Below are positions 42,763 through 53,516 of a stretch of 64,000 nt of DNA, piece by piece. Location: contig URYW01000003.1 of NCBI GenBank assembly GCA_900552145.1, forward strand, positions 4,736 through 68,735, given 5' to 3'. A model generated the notes under the pieces. That model had not been told where the DNA came from. It did no database searches and was given only the letters and a program-made list of their open reading frames with translations. How positions within the stretch are numbered: the stretch's first letter is position 1; each line of letters starts with the position of its first letter. Origin of the DNA: an uncultured Collinsella sp. (GTDB taxonomy: Bacteria > Actinomycetota > Coriobacteriia > Coriobacteriales > Coriobacteriaceae). The translations under genes were made by a program, and so were the position numbers.

Positions 42763-44136
42763 CTACTCGTCGCCGTCGTGCGGATTCGCGGAACCCGCAC
42801 CCGACGCCGCCGGCTTCTCTGCCGAAGACTCGGAATCTTTCTTATCGGTTTCGGCCGGAGCGATCACGCGAATAAGCGAGATGCGCTGGCCACGCATCGA
42901 CTGCACTTTAAACTTGTACCCCGCGACCTCAAACACCTCTCCGATGTCGGGCACCGAGTCGCAAAGCTCCAAAATCCAGCCGGCGATGGTCTCATAATCA
43001 TCGCTTTCCTCGAGCGGCCAACCAAGCTCAATCGCGTCATCGCACGAAAAACGCCCATCAACGAGCCACTCGCGGCGCGAAAGGCGCGTGAGATACTTGT
43101 TGTCGGGGTCGAACTCGTCCTCGATCTCGCCGACGATCTCCTCGACGATGTCCTCGATGGTGATGATGCCGGCCGTGCCGCCGTACTCGTCCACGACCAC
43201 CACGATCTGGTCGTGCGAGGTCTGCATCTCGGACAGCAGCGGCAGGATGTCCTTGGTGTCGGGCACAAAGGTGGCGTCGCGCAAAAAGCCGGCGATGGGC
43301 TGGTCGCCCTTGCCGTCGAGCGCGGGCTGAATCAGGTCCTTGATGTGCGCGATGCCGGCGACGTTGTCGGGATCCTCGTGATAGACGGGGATGCGGCTAA
43401 AACCGGTCTGGCGCATGGTGGACAGCACGTCGGCGACCGTCTCGTCGTCCTCGCACATGGTGGTGTCCACGCGCGGCACCATGACCTCGCGGGCAACGGT
43501 GTCGCCCAGGTCGAAGATCTCGTGGATCATGCGCTTTTCCTCGTCGAGCAGGTCGTCCTGCTCCGAGACCATGTACTTGATCTCTTCTTCCGAGACGTTC
43601 TGGCGGTCGTCGGCACTCTTGATGCGCAGGATGCGGGCCAGACCATCGGAGCAGGCACCGGTCAGCCACACGAGCGGACGGGCGATCTTTTGGAAAAACG
43701 ACAACGGCCCCACGACCTGCTTTGACACGCCCTCGGCATTGGCCAGGCCGATGCGCTTGGGGACGAGCTCGCCAATCACGATGGACACGAAGGCGACCGC
43801 GACGGTGATGATGACCGGCGCCAGGCCGCGCGCGATGGCGGAAAGCGGCGCGATGCCAAAGCCCATGAGCCACGTGGCGAGCGGGTCGGACAGACTCGTC
43901 GAGGCGACGGCGGACGAGGCGAAGCCCACGAGCGTAATGGCAACCTGGATGGTGGCGAGCAGCTGGTCGGAGTCGGCAGCCAGCTTAATGGCACGCTCGG
44001 CGCGCTTGTCGCCTTCCTCGGCCTCGTGCTCCAACACGGCGCGCTTGGCCGTGGTGAGCGCCATCTCGGACATAGAGAAGTAGCCGTTGATGAGGGTCAA
44101 AACGAGGGTAGTGATAAGGGAGATGGTTATGTCCAT
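42763..44136 (-). CDS. Hemolysin/CNNM-CorC family protein
   Basis: NGYFSMSEMA, GELVPK, REVMVPR, GFSRIPVY, VVDEYGGTAG, EEIVGEIEDE. Confidence 0.92.
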   Translation of the reverse strand: MDITISLITTLVLTLINGYFSMSEMALTTAKRAVLEHEAEEGDKRAERAIKLAADSDQLLATIQVAITLVGFASSAVASTSLSDPLATWLMGFGIAPLSAIARGLAPVIITVAVAFVSIVIGELVPKRIGLANAEGVSKQVVGPLSFFQKIARPLVWLTGACSDGLARILRIKSADDRQNVSEEEIKYMVSEQDDLLDEEKRMIHEIFDLGDTVAREVMVPRVDTTMCEDDETVADVLSTMRQTGFSRIPVYHEDPDNVAGIAHIKDLIQPALDGKGDQPIAGFLRDATFVPDTKDILPLLSEMQTSHDQIVVVVDEYGGTAGIITIEDIVEEIVGEIEDEFDPDNKYLTRLSRREWLVDGRFSCDDAIELGWPLEESDDYETIAGWILELCDSVPDIGEVFEVAGYKFKVQSMRGQRISLIRVIAPAETDKKDSESSAEKPAASGAGSANPHDGDE

Positions 44137-44250
44137 CGGGAGTTTCTCGAACCTCCAAGATTCGGGACGTTAGGTAGTAAGCGTAGGTGACGGATAGGGC
44201 AGTTGCGCCCAGCGGCCGCTTGGATGGGCCCGCGGGCACAGACGCGATCG

Positions 44251-44934
44251 CTAGATTACGAAGAGGATCACCGCCATGAACTGGAAGATACTGCCGGCGA
44301 GCACCCACAGGTGAAACACACTGTGCAGATAACGCACGTTTTTGGCGATGTAGAACGGCACGCCCACGGTGTAGCACACGCCGCCGACAGCGAGCAGGGC
44401 AAGTGCCACGGGGTTGAGCAGCGACACGAGCTCGGGCAGCTTAAAGACGACGAGCCAGCCCATCAGCAGATAGACCAGACCGCTTACCCAATGCGGCTGG
44501 CGCTCACGCAAAAAGCACTCGAGGGCGATGCCGATAATGGCGATGGCCCATACGGCAAAAAACAGCACGGGGCCACCGTCGTTTGCGAGCGTGATGAGGC
44601 AAAACGGCGTATAGCTGCCAGCTATGAGCAGGTAGATGCAGCTGTGGTCGATAATGCGAAACACACGCTTGGCACCCGCGGGCTGAATCGCATGGTAGAG
44701 CGTGGAGGCAAGGTATTCGAGAATAATGCTGGCACCGTAGACGATTGCCGCGGCCATATGCGCCGGACCGCCACCGCGAAGAGCGGCAAATACGATCAAG
44801 AGCACAAGGCCTGCGATGCCCAGCAGGCTACCGACACCATGGGTGACGGAGTTCATGATCTCCTCGCCCACCGAGTAGTGCGGAACGGCCGCGGTCTTGG
44901 GTCGCGGCTTAGAACTGTCGCTCGAATCGGACAT
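44251..44934 (-). CDS. Hemolysin III/PAQR family membrane protein
   Basis: EE..NSVTH, STLYH, DHSCIYLLIAGSYTP, HSVFHLWVL. Confidence 0.92.
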   Translation of the reverse strand: MSDSSDSSKPRPKTAAVPHYSVGEEIMNSVTHGVGSLLGIAGLVLLIVFAALRGGGPAHMAAAIVYGASIILEYLASTLYHAIQPAGAKRVFRIIDHSCIYLLIAGSYTPFCLITLANDGGPVLFFAVWAIAIIGIALECFLRERQPHWVSGLVYLLMGWLVVFKLPELVSLLNPVALALLAVGGVCYTVGVPFYIAKNVRYLHSVFHLWVLAGSIFQFMAVILFVI

Positions 44935-45120
44935 GCCGGTTACATCCTCCAACGTAAAGAGTTCTCAACACTATATCAAAGCGTCTAGATACGTGCGAAA
45001 TTTGCACCATATGTGACCCTTTGTTTACCCATTCTTTGCTTGTTGACGCATCAACGGCAAACGCCCATAATGCGCTTGCATTAAATGTTGATGTATTAAC
45101 ATCTTATAGGAAAGCTTCTT

Positions 45121-46086
45121 ATGTCTCAAAACGCACGTTCCCATCGAAAGCTTAAGATAACCGTCGTTGTTGCGCTGGTGCTCGTTGTCGCGCTGCTGGG
45201 GTTTGCCGGAAACTTTTTGTTTGACTTTGCCCTGAACCCCCAAGCGCCCTACACCATGAAGATGATGCAGGATGGTAAGGCCGACAAAAAAGGTGAGCAG
45301 CCGGATGCCGAGGAAACCGAGGCGCGGGCGTGGTTTAAAGAGAACCGCGAGAGCAGCAGCCTCACCGCAGATGACGGAACCGAGCTCGCCGCTTGGTATT
45401 TTGCTGCACCGGAGAGCACGCACGACTACGCCGTCTGCCTGCATGGATATACCAACGAGCCCATCGGTATGGCCCGATACGCCAAACGATTCCACGACCG
45501 CGGCATGAACGTACTCGCACCAGCCGCCCGCGCCCACGAGCGCTCCGGCGGCGACTATATCGGCATGGGCTGGCCCGAGCGCCTCGACATCGTCGCATGG
45601 ATCGAGCGAATCGTTCAGGCTGACCCCGAGGCGCGCATCCTGGTCTTTGGCGAGTCGATGGGTGCGGCAACCGCCATGAACGTCGCGGGGGAATCTCTGC
45701 CCGCAAACGTAAAATGCATTATCGAGGACTGCGGTTATACGAGCGTTTGGGACGAGTTTTCCCTGCAGCTCAAGGATGTGTTCGGCCTGCCCAGCTTTCC
45801 CTTGCTCGATGTAGCAAACTTGGTGTGCAACGTGCGCGCGGGCTACGACTTTCATAAGGCGAGCAGTGTGGAGCAACTCAAACACGCGACGGTTCCCATG
45901 CTGTTTATCCACGGCGACCAGGACACCTTTGTACCGTACAGTATGCTCGACCAAAACTACGAGGCGTGCGCCAGCAAGGTCAAGCAAAAGCTCACCATCC
46001 ATGGCGCCACCCACGCCAAGAGTGCGCAAGTTGACCCCGAGCTCTACTGGAACACAGTCAATAACTTCCTCGACGAGCACTTTTAG
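45121..46086 (+). CDS. Alpha/beta hydrolase
   Basis: LHGY, GESMG nucleophile elbow, IHGDQDTFVP, GATHA. Confidence 0.9.
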   Translation: MSQNARSHRKLKITVVVALVLVVALLGFAGNFLFDFALNPQAPYTMKMMQDGKADKKGEQPDAEETEARAWFKENRESSSLTADDGTELAAWYFAAPESTHDYAVCLHGYTNEPIGMARYAKRFHDRGMNVLAPAARAHERSGGDYIGMGWPERLDIVAWIERIVQADPEARILVFGESMGAATAMNVAGESLPANVKCIIEDCGYTSVWDEFSLQLKDVFGLPSFPLLDVANLVCNVRAGYDFHKASSVEQLKHATVPMLFIHGDQDTFVPYSMLDQNYEACASKVKQKLTIHGATHAKSAQVDPELYWNTVNNFLDEHF

Positions 46087-46163
46087 GCAAAAAGCAACGT
46101 CTGGGGTTTTGTTGCCTAAAACGCCTTGTGGTCGGCGGTATTCGATTTTTCACCTCGCTTCCG

Positions 46164-46202
46164 AAAAGCCGCCCGTGAGCGCTGTGCTCACAGGCGGCTT
46201 TT
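46164..46202. terminator. Bidirectional intrinsic terminator
   Basis: aaaagccgcccgtgagc-gctgt-gctcacaggcggctttt between convergent genes. Confidence 0.8.
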
Positions 46203-46250
46203 ACTTACGTTGCGCTGCTAAAAGAACGCGATTTGTCCAATAACCGGACG

Positions 46251-47456
46251 CTACTTGACCTCGATGAGCTCGTACTCGCTCGTGCCAAGGCCGATCTTCT
46301 CGGCATGCGCGATGCACGCGCGCCAGTCGGTGTCGGGATGCGTGATGCAGAAGGGATCCTTGGCCTGCTCGCCCTCCAGATGCTCGTGATTGTGCTCCAT
46401 CTTGGCCGCGCTATCGGTGAGCTCGGTGTTGGGCAGCGGCTCGGATGCCATGACGGCATCGGCACAGGCCTGGTCGATGGCGACCGGGTCGAAGCTCGCG
46501 AACATGCCGATGTCGTTGACGATGGGCGTGTCGTTTTCGGGATGGCAATCGCAGTTGGGGCTGATGTCCATGGCGAGCGAAATGTGGAAGCTCGGGCGGC
46601 CGTCGACGACGGCCTTGGTGTACTCGGCGATCTTACAGTTGAGCACGTTGGCCGCGGCGTCATAGCCGGGCTTGATGCAGTCCTGGTTGCATGCCGCAAT
46701 GCAGCGTCCGCAGCCTACGCAGCGATCGTGGTCGATGGCGGCCACGTGCACCGTGCGAGTAGCGCCGCTGGCAAGCTCGCGCTCGCGGGTGTCGTCGAAC
46801 GAGATAGCGTCGTGTGCGCAGATCTTTTCGCATGCACGGCAGCCAACGCAGTGCTCGGTCGCGACGTTCGGCTTGCCGGCGGCATGCTGCTCCATCTTGC
46901 CGGCACGGCTGCCGCCACCCATACCCAAGTTCTTCATGGCGCCGCCAAAACCGGCCTGCTCATGGCCCTTAAAGTGGGTGAGGCTGATCACGATATCGGC
47001 ATCCATGAGCGCCTGACCGATCTTGGCCTCATGCACGTACTCGCCGCCCTCGACCGGGACGAGCGCCTCGTCAGTACCCTTGAGGCCGTCGGCGATGATG
47101 ATCTGGCAACCCGTGGCATACGGGGTAAAGCCGTTCTGGTAGGCAGTGTCGATGTGCTCGAGCGCGTTTTTGCGGCTACCGACGTAGAGCGTGTTGCAGT
47201 CGGTAAGGAAGGGCTTGCCGCCCAGCTCCTTCACGACATCCGCGACGGCGCGGGCGTAGTTGGGGCGCAAAAAGCTCAGGTTGCCCAGCTCGCCAAAGTG
47301 AATCTTGATGGCGACGAACTTGTTCTCAAAGTCGATCTGCTCGATACCGGCGTGACGTATGAGGCGCTTGAGCTTGTCGAGCTGGCTCTCGCGAGCATGC
47401 GTGCGCAGGTTGGTGAAGTACACCTTAGCGGGTGCTGCGGGTGCAGTTGCGGTCAT
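46251..47456 (-). CDS. DUF362 domain protein with two 4Fe-4S motifs
   Basis: AIKIHFGE.GN, HFKGH, CVGCRACEKIC, CVGCGRCIAAC, SFDPVAIDQA. Confidence 0.88.
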   Translation of the reverse strand: MTATAPAAPAKVYFTNLRTHARESQLDKLKRLIRHAGIEQIDFENKFVAIKIHFGELGNLSFLRPNYARAVADVVKELGGKPFLTDCNTLYVGSRKNALEHIDTAYQNGFTPYATGCQIIIADGLKGTDEALVPVEGGEYVHEAKIGQALMDADIVISLTHFKGHEQAGFGGAMKNLGMGGGSRAGKMEQHAAGKPNVATEHCVGCRACEKICAHDAISFDDTRERELASGATRTVHVAAIDHDRCVGCGRCIAACNQDCIKPGYDAAANVLNCKIAEYTKAVVDGRPSFHISLAMDISPNCDCHPENDTPIVNDIGMFASFDPVAIDQACADAVMASEPLPNTELTDSAAKMEHNHEHLEGEQAKDPFCITHPDTDWRACIAHAEKIGLGTSEYELIEVK

Positions 47457-47538
47457 AGATATATCCCCTCGGTCTATATGGCGTTACAGACATAAGAGGA
47501 TGGTACCCGTTAAAGCGGGGTTAATGTCAAGCACGGCG

Positions 47539-47695
47539 CCTAGTCATTGGGTACTCATTGGGGACAGACTTAAATGACTGAAACCACTCATTGGGGACGG
47601 ACTTAAATGAGCGCCTCGCCACCTGGCAGCTAGGGACGTTCCTTTCCTGCCGGCAGCTGGGGACAGTCCTTGCCATCCCGGCCGGCAGACCGGCG
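47539..47695. repeat. GGGGAC-loop REP-like cluster (left of methyltransferase/ABC cassette)
   Basis: Four GGGAC units; partly direct and partly inverted match to 52078-52307. Confidence 0.8.
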
Positions 47696-47831
47696 AATCA
47701 TCGGCATCTGGTAAGAGGGACGCGCCGTCACGTTTGTGGCGGCGCGCCTTGGTTTGGCGGCGCGTTCTGGCGTGGCCACAATCTGGTTTGATGGCGTGCC
47801 CTGGCGTGACGGAACGTCCTGGCGCGGACCG

Positions 47832-48476
47832 CTAGCCCTTTCGCGCGACCAGATGCGCGCGGAATCCCTTCTGTGCCTCGAGCTTGAGCGGGGTGAGCCC
47901 GGATTCCTCGACGAGTGCACGCAGCTCGGACAGCTTGAGGATGCGCACGTCGCCATGGCCCAAGAGGCGTGCCAGCGGTAGCTCGATGTTGTTCATGAGC
48001 CAGACCGCGACATCGTTCGAGGTGTAGTCGCGGAGGACCAGTCGCCCGCCGGGCCGAAGGACGCGTGCCACCTCGGCGAAGAACCTCTCCGGATGCGGGT
48101 AGTGGTGGAAGCTGTTGGAGCAGAGCACGACGTCGAAGCTCCGGGGCTCGAAGGGCAGTGCCTCCGCGTCTCCGACGACAAAGCTGACGTTATCGAGCCG
48201 CTTTGCCCGGGCGACGTCGATCATCCCGGGTGTGAGGTCGAGTCCAGTCAAGTGCTTGTTGGGGTACTGGGCGTGGAGCAGTTCTAGGACGGCCCCGGTT
48301 CCACAGCCCACGTCGAGCGCGTCCTCGAACGGTTCGAGCTCAAGCTCCTCGAGCATTTGCGGATAGTCGTCCTTGCACATCTCGTAAATGCCGGCATGGC
48401 CGGATTCGTAGACCTTTGCCGCCTCGGTGAACTCCTTGATGGAGAGCTGCTTGAGCTCCTCTGCCGATCTTGCCAT
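47832..48476 (-). CDS. Class I SAM-dependent methyltransferase
   Basis: LDVGCGTG, GLDLT, GDAEALPF, SFD, RVLRPGG; AAGGAG RBS before MARSAEE. Confidence 0.9.
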   Translation of the reverse strand: MARSAEELKQLSIKEFTEAAKVYESGHAGIYEMCKDDYPQMLEELELEPFEDALDVGCGTGAVLELLHAQYPNKHLTGLDLTPGMIDVARAKRLDNVSFVVGDAEALPFEPRSFDVVLCSNSFHHYPHPERFFAEVARVLRPGGRLVLRDYTSNDVAVWLMNNIELPLARLLGHGDVRILKLSELRALVEESGLTPLKLEAQKGFRAHLVARKG

Positions 48477-48595
48477 GGGTCTCCTTCTGTTCGGGGAAGT
48501 CTGACGTTGCGCGCGTTTGCCCACGTCGGGCCTGGCGGGCAAATAACGCGGGGGCACCCTTCCTTCGGTTCGTGCCCCCGCGTGCGGGCGGTTCT

Positions 48596-51262
48596 CTATT
48601 CCTGGACCTTCAGCGCCTCGGAGAGGCTCACGCGCTTGATGGAGCGCGTGTGCAGCAGTGCCACGACCAGGTAGGTTGCAAAGCCGATTCCTGCGCACGC
48701 CGCCATGGACCAAGCGGGCACGTAGATCTCGATATTGCCGTTGTAGGCGAGCAGCATCGAGCGGAAGATGGCCGTCAGCGAGCCAATAATGACCGGCAGG
48801 CTCAGCACGAGCGACGCCGCCACGCACAGCGTGATCGAGCGGATGTACAGATGCGAGATCTCGCTGTCGCGATAGCCAAAGACTTTCATGTAGCTAATCG
48901 AACGGGCGCTGTGGTCGATCACAGCCTTGGTCAGCAGGTACATAAACAGCAAGAAGATGAACACCGCAAGCCCAACCATCATGCCGATCATTTTGCTCAT
49001 CATGCCGATGAACTGGTCGCCCACGGCGCGCATGTCGTCGGGCGTGGTGTCGCCGGCAAAGTAGCGCGAGTCGAGGTCGAGTTTCTCGTCGCTCACATAG
49101 CCGTTAAAGTAGGAGGCGTCGTTGTCGAACAGCTCGTTAAAGTCGTCGATACTCATATAGATATTCATGTCCGACTTGGAACCCCAGGCGCAGTCCTTGC
49201 CCACATACTCAAGGGAATAATTCTTGCCCTCGTACTTGTCGCGAAGCTTAACCTTCTGGCCCTCGCTCCAGCCAAACTTATCGAGCAGGCCACCGCCAAA
49301 GACGACGCGCCCATCGCCGACGTCCAGCCCTTTCCAGTAGCGCGAATCGGGCGAGATGCCGTAGACGGAAATCGTCTCCTCGCCATTTCCATCGCCGCGG
49401 TCGTATTGCAGCTGGTAAACGGCGTATTTCTCGGCCTGTGCAATTGCGCCCATACCGTTATCGGTCGTGTTGACCGGGTGGATGTCGTCGTTGTCAGTGT
49501 CAATCTTAGAGGCCTTGTCAATCAGGTCGATAGCCTCGTCGCGGTCACAGCCAAGGGCATCGGCAAGGTCATCGAGGCGTGCATAAAGCGCATCCTTCTT
49601 GTCCTGGACCTTGGCAAGCGCGTCCTGCGCCGCGGCCAGGCTCTCGGCAGACGGGGATGCGGTCGCGGCATCGGCCGCCGCCTGCGCCGCATCGGCCGCG
49701 TCGTCAAGCTCGTCATCGGCATCCCGGGCGGCGGAAAGCAGCGCGCCGTCAACCGATTGCAAGCGCTCGAGCGCCGACCACTGCTCGCGCTCCTCGACAG
49801 TGCCATTGAGCTCTAGCGGGGCCTTGAGCGTGTACTGGTGCTCGGCGACCAAGCTTGTCTCGAGGTTGTCCGCATAGTGCGTCATCGTGGGCAGAATCGC
49901 CAGGCCAAAGAGCAGCAGCAGCGAGGCAAATGCAATGCCCACGAAAAGCGTGGCGAAGTTGCCCAGGTTGCGCAGGAAGATCCGCAGGCGGAAACGCGTG
50001 ACAAAACCCATTCGCTCCGGCAGTTGCATACCACGCTTGGTACCCGACTTGCCGCTCGCCTCGTGACGAAGGAACTGCAACGGCGTCTTGCCCATCTTGC
50101 GAAGCAGGCCCACCAGCGTGATGAGGATGAGCGCGGCGGCGGGAACCACGGCGCACTTCACAAAGATCTCCCAGCTCCAGTACACCTGGAAAGGCGGCAA
50201 GCTATAGGAGCCGTAATACAGGCTGCGCATGGGCTCGGTAAAGAACGTCACGCCGAGCGCGGTGCCCAAAAGCGCCGCGACCACGCCCACGATGGCGGGA
50301 AGTGCCAGGTAGTGCAGCACGATCTCGCGTCGACGATAGCCGCTGGCGAGCAGCGTGCCGATGATGGCGCTCTCCTCCTCGATGGTGGCGTCGGTAAGGA
50401 CCACGAAGACGAACGCCATGATCACGATGATGATGTCGAGCAGCGTCATCCACATCATGGAGTCGCCATCCACGTCGTCGCGCGCATAGCCAATGCCTTG
50501 GTTGGAATCGGCATCGATCAGATCGTTCACGCGCGCATCGGCGTCGGTCAGTGCCTCTACCATATCCTGCTCCGCATCGACGCGATCCGCGGTGGGGAGG
50601 TCGCGATCGGTAAAGGTAAAGGAGTAGGTGTAGGCAGGCGCGCCGCCGGCGTCCTCAAGCGCGGCAAAACCGGCGTCGGTAACCTCGGCAACACCATAGG
50701 TGACGGTGTTAATCGTAAAGTCGGAGTTATTGAGGAACAACGCCTGGCTATCGGGCTGGGTCATGATGCCGCAGATGGTGTAGGTGCGACCCTCAAGCTC
50801 GACCTTATCGCCCACGGCGAGGCCGTTGTTGGTGGCAAAGACACGGTCGATGGCCACCTCGTCGTCCGCCTTAGGCTGCCTACCCTCGCAGTAGGACGCA
50901 ATGTCCACCTTGGTACGGTGCGCATAGGTGCGCAGCGTGCGCTTGGTGCCGTCGTCGCCGGACGCCTTTTTGATGATGGCATCGATAGAGAAGTTCTTGT
51001 AGAGCGTAACACCGCCGACGTCACTGGCGGCATCCTCGGCAGCCTTGAGCTGCTCCTCGGTCGCCTCGAAGGAGGTGGTCACGCGGCCGTCCTCAATCGT
51101 GTACGCATCGCGCATGCCGTCGATAAGGCAACCGATGGAGTGGGCCGCGAGCAAAAAGCCCGAGGTGAGGGCAATGCTTCCGCACATAAGCAAAAAGATG
51201 CCCAGGTACTTGCCGATATTGCGGCGCAGCTCGCGCGGGAGACGTTTTGCGAGAGGTGTCAT
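48596..51262 (-). CDS. FtsX/MacB-type ABC permease (tandem)
   Basis: IGTLLASGY, ISYMKVFGY; two TM blocks with large loops. Confidence 0.88.
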   Translation of the reverse strand: MTPLAKRLPRELRRNIGKYLGIFLLMCGSIALTSGFLLAAHSIGCLIDGMRDAYTIEDGRVTTSFEATEEQLKAAEDAASDVGGVTLYKNFSIDAIIKKASGDDGTKRTLRTYAHRTKVDIASYCEGRQPKADDEVAIDRVFATNNGLAVGDKVELEGRTYTICGIMTQPDSQALFLNNSDFTINTVTYGVAEVTDAGFAALEDAGGAPAYTYSFTFTDRDLPTADRVDAEQDMVEALTDADARVNDLIDADSNQGIGYARDDVDGDSMMWMTLLDIIIVIMAFVFVVLTDATIEEESAIIGTLLASGYRRREIVLHYLALPAIVGVVAALLGTALGVTFFTEPMRSLYYGSYSLPPFQVYWSWEIFVKCAVVPAAALILITLVGLLRKMGKTPLQFLRHEASGKSGTKRGMQLPERMGFVTRFRLRIFLRNLGNFATLFVGIAFASLLLLFGLAILPTMTHYADNLETSLVAEHQYTLKAPLELNGTVEEREQWSALERLQSVDGALLSAARDADDELDDAADAAQAAADAATASPSAESLAAAQDALAKVQDKKDALYARLDDLADALGCDRDEAIDLIDKASKIDTDNDDIHPVNTTDNGMGAIAQAEKYAVYQLQYDRGDGNGEETISVYGISPDSRYWKGLDVGDGRVVFGGGLLDKFGWSEGQKVKLRDKYEGKNYSLEYVGKDCAWGSKSDMNIYMSIDDFNELFDNDASYFNGYVSDEKLDLDSRYFAGDTTPDDMRAVGDQFIGMMSKMIGMMVGLAVFIFLLFMYLLTKAVIDHSARSISYMKVFGYRDSEISHLYIRSITLCVAASLVLSLPVIIGSLTAIFRSMLLAYNGNIEIYVPAWSMAACAGIGFATYLVVALLHTRSIKRVSLSEALKVQE

Positions 51263-51270
51263 GGCGCCGC

Positions 51271-51984
<714 letters not shown>

Positions 51985-52077
51985 GGTATCCCCCGTTGTT
52001 AGCCTCGTACTACTTTATGAACGTAATAGTAAACCTTGGCGAACTATTTTGGGGCGAGAGTGGGGATTTGTTTCAAG

Positions 52078-52307
52078 ACTAGTCATTGGGGACGTTCTTA
52101 AATGACTAGCTGTTGGGGACACTCTTTCGCCACCCGGCAGTTAGGGACGTTCCCTTTCTGCCGGCAGCTGGGGACAGTCCTTGGCAACCCGGCCGGCAAG
52201 CCGGCGGTTCGGCAAAGACTGTCCCCAATGACTAGTCGTTTAAGCCTGTCCCCAATGACCACTCTTGGTCGTTTAAGTCTGTCCCCAATGAGTACCCGAT
52301 GACTAGG
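52078..52307. repeat. GGGGAC-loop REP-like cluster (~7 units)
   Basis: Four GGGAC units on + followed by three GTCCCC units. Confidence 0.85.
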
Positions 52308-52310
52308 TGG

Positions 52311-53516
52311 CTAGGCGCGGGATTTGGTGCGTGAGAGGGCCAGGCCTGCGGCGGCGATGGCCACGGCAAAGAGCACGGTGACGCCCAGGTCGCAGGCGAT
52401 GTCGCCCAACATGGCAGACGTCAGGTCCGACGCGAGCGCCTTGCCGATCGCGTCGTTCACCCAATATGTCGGCACAAAGTGCGCCACGGTCTGCACGGCC
52501 GGGCCCATCAGCGACAGCGGCATCCAGGCGCCACCCAAAAACGTCATGAGCATGCCAAGCAGGTTGCCCACACCGTTGAGCAGCTCCTCGCGCGCGCCCA
52601 GGCTCGACAGCGTAAAGCCAACGGCCAGTGGCGTCAGCGCTAGGGCAAACGTTGCCGCCAGCGCAAGGCAGACGCGGCCCACGCCGACCTCGGCAACCGC
52701 GCTGGCAAAGCCCACGACGCCCATCATGCTCGACACAAACCAGATACAGACGGTGAGCACGGCGGCGGCCGCAAACACGGCAAGCGAACGCTGGCGATCG
52801 GAGATTGGGCCGGCATCCATGCGGCGCACGCGCTCGGGCTCGTTCATGCCCGAAAACACCAAGCCCACCGACACGATGACCGACGAGATAATCGCGTACG
52901 CGCCAAAGTTGAAGTACGACTCGAGCGTGGCGGCAGCAGCCGAGTCGACCTTGACCCGCTCGATCTGGACCTCCGCGCGCTTTGCAGCGGCATGTTCGGC
53001 GGCCTTGGCAACGTCGCCGTTGGAGGCAGTGGGCTCAAGTGCGGCTGCAGCGCCCGCGAGCGAGATCCAGCGCGAAGCCTCGGCAGACGAAAGCGCCGCC
53101 GCCATGGTGCCGGCACCGTAGGTCACATCGAGCTTGGGCAGGGACTCCCCCGCGCGGGCAGCCGCGACCAGGTCGTCCTCGAACCCCTCCGGGATAAAGA
53201 ACACGCAGTCGGCGCTGCCCTTGGCGCTGTTGCTCTTGGAGAGCGCGTCCGCAAGGTCGTACGTGTCGTCGCCGACGCCCGTGACCAGGTCAAACCGCGA
53301 ACCTAGATGCTTGGTAAGCGCACGCGAAAGGTCGCTGTCGTCGCGGTCGACCACGATCACGTTGGCATCGTAGGGCTTGTACTCGGTGAGCTGCGACGAG
53401 TTCCAGCTCACCGATGCCGCGATAAATACGCCCATGAGCGAGATGAACACCGTATAGATGATCAGGTAGAACGGGTGCGCCAGCGCCATGCGAAGCGCGG
53501 TCTTAAAGGTGCTCAT
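52311..53516 (-). CDS. ABC-2 family permease
   Basis: N-terminal TM, VVDRD.SDLS loop, FLGGAW.P, PTYW. Confidence 0.85.
   Translation of the reverse strand: MSTFKTALRMALAHPFYLIIYTVFISLMGVFIAASVSWNSSQLTEYKPYDANVIVVDRDDSDLSRALTKHLGSRFDLVTGVGDDTYDLADALSKSNSAKGSADCVFFIPEGFEDDLVAAARAGESLPKLDVTYGAGTMAAALSSAEASRWISLAGAAAALEPTASNGDVAKAAEHAAAKRAEVQIERVKVDSAAAATLESYFNFGAYAIISSVIVSVGLVFSGMNEPERVRRMDAGPISDRQRSLAVFAAAAVLTVCIWFVSSMMGVVGFASAVAEVGVGRVCLALAATFALALTPLAVGFTLSSLGAREELLNGVGNLLGMLMTFLGGAWMPLSLMGPAVQTVAHFVPTYWVNDAIGKALASDLTSAMLGDIACDLGVTVLFAVAIAAAGLALSRTKSRA

Noticed and set aside
42763..44934. Toxin/virulence locus suggested by two 'hemolysin' family names
   Set aside because: CNNM/CorC and PAQR/HlyIII are widespread housekeeping membrane families.
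52078..52307. Possible CRISPR array (~29-nt repeats)
   Set aside because: Units change orientation, are degenerate, lack regular unique spacers, occur across the window, and no cas genes are present.
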